NCBI GenBank assembly: GCA_963608065.1
Contig: CAVDFQ010000007.1
Span: forward strand, 14,391-78,390
Source of the DNA: a bacterium
GTDB taxonomy: Bacteria; Bacteroidota; Bacteroidia; Bacteroidales; UBA932
Length of the DNA: 64,000 nucleotides
Direction: 5' to 3'
The notes below the pieces were generated by a model. That model ran no database searches. It was not told the DNA's origin and saw only the letters and a program-made list of their open reading frames with translations. This document shows positions 58,965 through 64,000 of this stretch, piece after piece. Numbering within the stretch: the stretch's first letter is position 1; the number at the start of each line of letters is the position of its first letter. A program made the position numbers and the translations under genes.

Positions 58965-60269
58965 CTATACGTCATCCGGAGAGAAGAAATCGCGGTGCGG
59001 CAGCTTCTGCGAGTACTTCTCGCGGCATTTGCGGAAGAGTTCCGAGGTGGAGCTGCTCAGACGCGGGCCGACCCAGGTGCCGGTGTTGCTGATGAAAATC
59101 CAGCATTCCCCGTCAGGATAGTACTTTATGAGGGCCGTCGTACCGGACAGGGTGCCGGTGCGGGTCCATTCGCCAGTAGGCTTGGTGTCGTTCCAGCCGA
59201 GGGCGTAGGTATTCTCGTCGAAGTATTCCGTCATCTTACGTACACTTTCCGCCGTAAGGATGTCAGGAACCTGCCCGCGGCCGTCTATGGAGGCCACGAG
59301 CAGAGCGAGCTCCGCAGACGAGGCCACCCAGGCTCCCGCGCCCGACAGGGCCCGTATGTCGTTGCCGCCGTAGCAGCGCTCCACCAGCCGTCCGGAGTTG
59401 TTGTATTCGTCCACGCTCGGGTCGTTCTCCTGCATATGGTAGCGGGTCTCGTTCGGGTATTTCTCCGCGTAATAGTTACGCGCGATATGGAAATCGCGGC
59501 AGCCGGAGCGGCGCAGCACATTCTCCTGCATCCAGGTCTCGTACGGCTCTCCCGTCACCTTCTCTATGACCATAGAAAGGATAAGATATCCCAGGTTCGA
59601 GTAGGACTGCGAAGTCCCCGGGGCGAAGGACAGGCGCTTGCTCAGCTGCGAGGTGAGCAGCTGCCGCGCATCCGGCGGAGTGTCCCATCTGTTCTGACGC
59701 ATAAGGGCTCTCGTGGAGAAGAGCGGGTCGAAGGAGCCGGCCTTGAATCCGCCCTGATGCCGCAGTAGATGCTCTACGGTAATGGAGTAATAATTCTTGT
59801 CCCTGATCCGGGCCGTATAGAGGCTGTCGCAGAGAATCCCTTCGGGACCGAATACCTTGCTGTCCAGAGACAGACTTCCCCGCTCGCACAGAGTCATTAT
59901 CCCCACTGCGGTGACAAGCTTCGATACCGAGGCTATCCTGAGGATGATTCCGGGGCCCATCTCCACGCCGGCCTTCTCGTCGGCCCAGCCGTAGCCCTTG
60001 GAATACACCAGAGAGTCATTTCTCATTATGGAAAGAGATGCGCCCTGAAGATTCCATCTGCTCATAAAGTTCTTAACCTGCCGGTCCAGTCCGGCCAGGT
60101 CGGAAGTGTCCGACATCTCATTGGTGAGGGTGGCGTTCAGATTTCTGAATCTTCGCTCCGGCTCACCCGCAGTGTCGCCGCTTCTGTCCCGGGTGCAGAT
60201 ATGCAGCGCAGCGAAGGCGGCAATCAGCGCCAGAGTTATCCCCAGCAGATGCGAAGGCCTGAGTTTCAT
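58965..60269 (-). CDS. Serine hydrolase (beta-lactamase/AmpC-like superfamily)
   Basis: RIASVSK (SxxK), YSN, LLRHQGG and RTG motifs, with an N-terminal anchor. Confidence 0.88.
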   Translation of the reverse strand: MKLRPSHLLGITLALIAAFAALHICTRDRSGDTAGEPERRFRNLNATLTNEMSDTSDLAGLDRQVKNFMSRWNLQGASLSIMRNDSLVYSKGYGWADEKAGVEMGPGIILRIASVSKLVTAVGIMTLCERGSLSLDSKVFGPEGILCDSLYTARIRDKNYYSITVEHLLRHQGGFKAGSFDPLFSTRALMRQNRWDTPPDARQLLTSQLSKRLSFAPGTSQSYSNLGYLILSMVIEKVTGEPYETWMQENVLRRSGCRDFHIARNYYAEKYPNETRYHMQENDPSVDEYNNSGRLVERCYGGNDIRALSGAGAWVASSAELALLVASIDGRGQVPDILTAESVRKMTEYFDENTYALGWNDTKPTGEWTRTGTLSGTTALIKYYPDGECWIFISNTGTWVGPRLSSSTSELFRKCREKYSQKLPHRDFFSPDDV

Positions 60270-60883
60270 CACCGTATGATCCCTTTTTTCCTGCCGAATT
60301 CTATGATTATGTCCGCCGTGCCCTCTATGCCGAGCACAGAAGAGTCGATGCAGAGGTCGTAATTGGCGGCTACGCCCCAGTTCCCGAAGGTCACGTAGTT
60401 ATAGTAAGTCTCGCGGCTGCGGTCTTTCTTGCGTATGAGGTTCTCGGCTTCCGCTGCGCTGATACCCTCGCGCTCGGCGACGTTCCGTATGCGCTGCTCG
60501 AGAGGTGCGCTGATGAACACGTCCAGACATCCAAAGTCGCGGAGTACGTAGTCCGAAGCTCGGCCCACGAAGATGGCGTCACCCTGTGAGGCTATGGCGC
60601 GTATGGTCTCGCTCTGGATTCCGAACAGGGCGTTGTCGTTCAGATAGCTGTCGCCCGCGCTGTACTGGTTCAAGCCGCCGAAGAAAGACTGGAGGGTCAG
60701 CAGACTGGTCTTCTCGTCTCTTTTGCGGAAGAATTCGGGGCTGTAGCCGCTGTGTTCCGCAGCCTTGATTATCAATTCATTGTCATAGACTTCTATGCCC
60801 AGCTTGCGGCCGAGTGAGAGAGCCGTGCGCTTACCGCCGCTGCCGAACTGCCGTCCGATGCTTATCAATGTCCTGTGTTTCAT
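60269..60883 (-). CDS. Cytidylate kinase-like family protein
   Basis: Start reassigned to MKHRTL. ISIGRQFGSGG, VGRAS and YDLCIDSS motifs. Confidence 0.9.
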   Translation of the reverse strand: MKHRTLISIGRQFGSGGKRTALSLGRKLGIEVYDNELIIKAAEHSGYSPEFFRKRDEKTSLLTLQSFFGGLNQYSAGDSYLNDNALFGIQSETIRAIASQGDAIFVGRASDYVLRDFGCLDVFISAPLEQRIRNVAEREGISAAEAENLIRKKDRSRETYYNYVTFGNWGVAANYDLCIDSSVLGIEGTADIIIEFGRKKGIIR

Positions 60884-60902
60884 AGGGGAGAAGAATTGTG
60901 AT

Positions 60903-62306
60903 CTACGAATTACTGATGCTGCTGCCCAGCGAGGAAGCGTCCTCGCCGTCGGAGAGCCTGCTGAATCTTCTGAAGAGCCTGAGCACGAAGAAGAGGGTGA
61001 CAAGTACGCTGACCCCGTCGGAGATAGGAAAGCTCAGCCACACACCCTTGTCCGCCCATAGGAGCGGAAGAGTGTAGATCAGCGGAATCAGGAAGATTAT
61101 CTGTCGGGAAAGCGAGAGGAAGATGGAAATCTTCACCATCCCGAGGCACTGGAAGAGCGTCCCGGAAACCATACAGAAGCCCACGAAAGGTATAATCAGG
61201 TTCGCTATCCTGAGGCCTCTGACAGACAGGTCTTTGAGTACCGGGTCAGCCGTGAATATGCCGACGGCGGCCTCAGGGAATATTTCCGAAGCGACGAAGC
61301 AGAGGGTCGTGGCGAGCGTCGCCCATTTCACGGTGAGGATGAAGACTTCACGCACTCTGTGGTACTGACGGGCCCCATAGTTGTAGCCTGCGATAGGCTG
61401 CATTCCCTGGTTCAGACCCATCACTATCATAAGGAACAGGAAGGTGATGCGGTTCACTATGCCGTAGGCTCCGATGGCGAGGTCGCCGCCGTAAGTGCGG
61501 AGCTGCTGGTTTATGAACATAGACACCAGACAGGCCGCGGCATTCATCAGGAAAGGACCCAGGCCGATGGCAAGAGAAGATTTCGCTATGCGCCAGTTCA
61601 GCTGGAACAGAGGCTTGGGGAAATGCAGGAACCTGTCCCGGTTCATAAAGAAGCGGAAGGAATAGCAGAGGGACATCAGCTGACAGAGGACCGTGGCGAG
61701 CGCCGCGCCCTTGACGCCCATCCCGAAGCCGAAGATGAAGATGGGGTCGAGCACCGCATTCGAGATGACCGTGAAGAGGGTCAGGCCCATCGCGGTTTTG
61801 GGATTGCCTGAGGCGCGTATCACGCCGTTCAGTCCGAAGTACAGGTGGGTCACCACATTGCCGAGCAGGATTATGATCATATAATCCTTGGCGAAAGGCA
61901 TCGTATTCTCGCTCGCTCCGAAGAAATACAGGATAGGCTCCAGGAAGGCCAGAGCCACCACGGAGAAGAGCAGACCGAATAATATGTTCAGCGAAAGGAC
62001 GTTGGAGAGAACCTTCTTCGCATTGTCGTAGTTCTTCTGTCCGAGAAGCACCGATATCAGGGTCATCCCTCCGACTCCGACGAGGGTGCCGAGCGCGGAT
62101 GAGAGGTTCATCAGCGGGAAGGTGACGGCAAGACCCGAGATGGCATAGGAGCCTACATCTTTCAGATGCCCGATATAGATGCTGTCGACCATATTATACA
62201 AAGAAGCCGCAGTCTGGGCAATGATACCCGGGACTGCGTACATCTTCAGGAGCGAACTTATTTTTCTGGTCCCCAGTTCCAGGGGCGCTGCTTCTGTGAC
62301 TGCCAT
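60903..62306 (-). CDS. MATE-family efflux transporter
   Basis: LYNMVDSIYIG, LDPIFIF..GVKGAALAT and QPIAGYNYGA motifs, about 12 TM. Confidence 0.93.
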   Translation of the reverse strand: MAVTEAAPLELGTRKISSLLKMYAVPGIIAQTAASLYNMVDSIYIGHLKDVGSYAISGLAVTFPLMNLSSALGTLVGVGGMTLISVLLGQKNYDNAKKVLSNVLSLNILFGLLFSVVALAFLEPILYFFGASENTMPFAKDYMIIILLGNVVTHLYFGLNGVIRASGNPKTAMGLTLFTVISNAVLDPIFIFGFGMGVKGAALATVLCQLMSLCYSFRFFMNRDRFLHFPKPLFQLNWRIAKSSLAIGLGPFLMNAAACLVSMFINQQLRTYGGDLAIGAYGIVNRITFLFLMIVMGLNQGMQPIAGYNYGARQYHRVREVFILTVKWATLATTLCFVASEIFPEAAVGIFTADPVLKDLSVRGLRIANLIIPFVGFCMVSGTLFQCLGMVKISIFLSLSRQIIFLIPLIYTLPLLWADKGVWLSFPISDGVSVLVTLFFVLRLFRRFSRLSDGEDASSLGSSISNS

Positions 62307-63355
62307 TACTCTTTCTTGGATACGATTTCGAAATCAAACCTCAACGGGCTGTACGGCGGAATCTTGCTGCCGCTTCCGTTATAGGAGTAGCCCAGACCCG
62401 AGTAGAAGAGACAGGTTCCCTTCTCCCCCACCCTCATCCGGGAAAGGGCATAGGCGAAGCCGTCGATACAGTCGTTGCCGGAAGATGTGGTCCCGAGCTT
62501 GATGTTCGTATAGTCGTCCGAATCGAAGTAAACGGCCTGGGACCCGTAAGTGGTGCCGGAATCGTAGATGTTATGGAATTTGGCCGAATCCGCTACCGTC
62601 GTGGCGAACATCTGCCCGTTAAGCAGACGTCCATAATAGTTTACATAGATGACGTCGCCGGTGACGAGGGAATCCGCATCGGCGGCGGGAGCCTGTGTCT
62701 GATTATAGTAGAAACCGTATTTCAGGGTGTCCACTCCCGGCATTATCCTCTGCGCGTATCTCGCGAGGGAGTCGTTCTCCCACTTGTAGACATCGTTGAA
62801 GCCTTCCCTGAGGTCTATGTCGTATATGAGGTTCGTGCCGGTGCATTTCTTCAGGTACTCCTCCTCCGTGTCGTAACGCGGATAGAGGTAGTTCGTGGAC
62901 TGGCTTGCGGAAGCGTTCAGCCAGCCCGGTATGATGACCTTCGACTTGCCTCCCATCTTCATCCTGGCTATCGCGGCATCCAGACCGGCGGTCATACCCA
63001 CGTTTCCTCTGATCATAACCTTGGGACCGTAGTAATACGACACGTCATAGGTCCCGAGCTGCTGCGAGAGAGCCTTGTCGGTGGTAGCCTGGACATTCCC
63101 GTCGAGGTCATAGGAGGTGTACTCCATATACGCGAAATAGTGGTCCTCTTCGGTCCCCGCAGTCTCTCCGTCGCCCGGAGTTTCCGATATGATGTATATT
63201 CCGGGCTCGACCCGGACCGCTTCCGGGTAATTAGTCACGAGCCAGGCGTCGAAGTATTTGCGGTTCGCATCATTCTTTCCCGTCGTCGCCGTCTTCTCGC
63301 AGGCGCAGAAAGCCAGAAGGGCCGCGAAAGAGAGCGCAATGACTGTCTTCTTCAT
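62306..63355 (-). CDS. Lipoprotein with two FKBP-type PPIase domains
   Basis: Lipobox FCAC, first domain GLDAAIARMKMGGKSKVIIPGWL, second domain VNYYGRLLNG and IPPYSPLRF. Confidence 0.85.
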   Translation of the reverse strand: MKKTVIALSFAALLAFCACEKTATTGKNDANRKYFDAWLVTNYPEAVRVEPGIYIISETPGDGETAGTEEDHYFAYMEYTSYDLDGNVQATTDKALSQQLGTYDVSYYYGPKVMIRGNVGMTAGLDAAIARMKMGGKSKVIIPGWLNASASQSTNYLYPRYDTEEEYLKKCTGTNLIYDIDLREGFNDVYKWENDSLARYAQRIMPGVDTLKYGFYYNQTQAPAADADSLVTGDVIYVNYYGRLLNGQMFATTVADSAKFHNIYDSGTTYGSQAVYFDSDDYTNIKLGTTSSGNDCIDGFAYALSRMRVGEKGTCLFYSGLGYSYNGSGSKIPPYSPLRFDFEIVSKKE

Positions 63356-63372
63356 AAAAACCATCTTTCTTA

Positions 63373-63921
63373 TCAATTCTCTACTGTCTGTATCCATAGA
63401 TGAAAAGCCAGCGGTGCATTTGCAGGAATCGTGCCCAAGCGGTTCTTGCCAAGCCCATACTTGCCGCTGAAAATTATGTAGCATTCCTCTCCCGCCCTGA
63501 CTCCCTCAAGTCCCTTCTGCAGGCCTTCCATCAGAGAGCCGTCCGCCATACTGACCCTGACGGGCTGAAATACCGTCGAGTCGCTCACGTTCCAGCTCAG
63601 GGCGGGATTGTTCGTGACGAACATTTTAGTCTGGTTTATGTTGCCGGAAGTGAAATCGTAGCCGGCGTAGAGGAAGGTGACGGTGCCTCTGGAGTTCAGA
63701 TCCACGTCGTCGCCCTCCGTGAGCACCAGGCGGACAGAGCCTCCGTTATACTCCACGCGGACTGCGGTGGTGTCGGCGAGGCACTTGCTGACGAAGGACT
63801 CTATCTTCGTCTCCTGATTCGCGAACATAAGCGCACGCTCCTCCTTCTTGCACGCCGCGCAGAGCGCGAGTGTCAGAAAGCAGAGCGATACCCCGGAGGC
63901 AATTTTTACAGATGCTTTCAT
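63373..63921 (-). CDS. FKBP-type PPIase lipoprotein
   Basis: Lipobox CAAC, GLQKGLEGVRAGE and IPANAPLAF. Confidence 0.85.
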   Translation of the reverse strand: MKASVKIASGVSLCFLTLALCAACKKEERALMFANQETKIESFVSKCLADTTAVRVEYNGGSVRLVLTEGDDVDLNSRGTVTFLYAGYDFTSGNINQTKMFVTNNPALSWNVSDSTVFQPVRVSMADGSLMEGLQKGLEGVRAGEECYIIFSGKYGLGKNRLGTIPANAPLAFHLWIQTVEN

Positions 63922-64000
63922 AGAAAATCCTTACAGTTCCTTTCGATGTATCCTTCGAGTTCATCCCGGGAGGCTATGTCCCCCCCCCGGCCGAGATAGA
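63918..64000 (-). CDS. 3' end of an upstream gene (runs off the window), product unassigned
   Basis: Open frame ...YLGRGGDIASRDELEGYIERNCKDFL*, whose TGA overlaps the FKBP ATG (ATGA). Confidence 0.55.
   Translation of the reverse strand, partial: YLGRGGDIASRDELEGYIERNCKDFL

Noticed and set aside
58965..60269. Beta-lactamase resistance gene
   Set aside because: Only superfamily motifs (SxxK, YSN) are present, in a housekeeping context. Resistance activity cannot be inferred.
63965..64000. Resemblance to the 79-bp unit hairpin (CCCGGGAGGCTATGTCCCCCCCCCGG...GATAGA)
   Set aside because: It lies within an open minus-strand frame ending in an ATGA overlap. The match is short and low-complexity.

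Overview
GC-rich (about 60% by eye) chromosomal window of a Bacteroidales bacterium. The assignment rests on repeated TTTG-N19-TAnnTTTG promoters and on Bacteroidota-type gene pairs such as gyrA/clpC and gmk-nadD. Positions ~2.1-23.2 kb hold one minus-strand aryl-polyene/flexirubin-like type II PKS operon: FabG, 3 active ketosynthases, 2 CLF-like partners, 2 ACPs, 2 dehydratases, thioesterase, O-methyltransferase, LpxL-like acyltransferase, LolA-like carrier, GT2, MMPL-PlsC fusion, FAD oxidoreductase, B12-radical SAM enzyme and PaaK-like ligase. It lacks an ammonia-lyase and DarAB, and carries an extra beta-barrel-like gene and a small DMT transporter. A low-GC islet (25.0-27.1 kb) encodes a C10 cysteine-protease lipoprotein and a partner lipoprotein. 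The rest is mostly housekeeping (fba, gmk, nadD, dnaK, leuS, phoH, gyrA, clpC-like, fabF, udp, prfA, tcdA, mazG, MATE, FKBPs). Notable oddities are a 6x79-bp palindrome-rich tandem array between convergent genes, an apparently catalytically dead M28 peptidase fused to a TonB C-terminal domain, a ClpC orthologue without a middle domain, twin GGA-loop hairpins with a compensatory change, and a family of sequence-related terminators. I saw no rRNA, tRNA, CRISPR array, integrase or transposase. All functional calls come from motif recognition by eye, without database searches.
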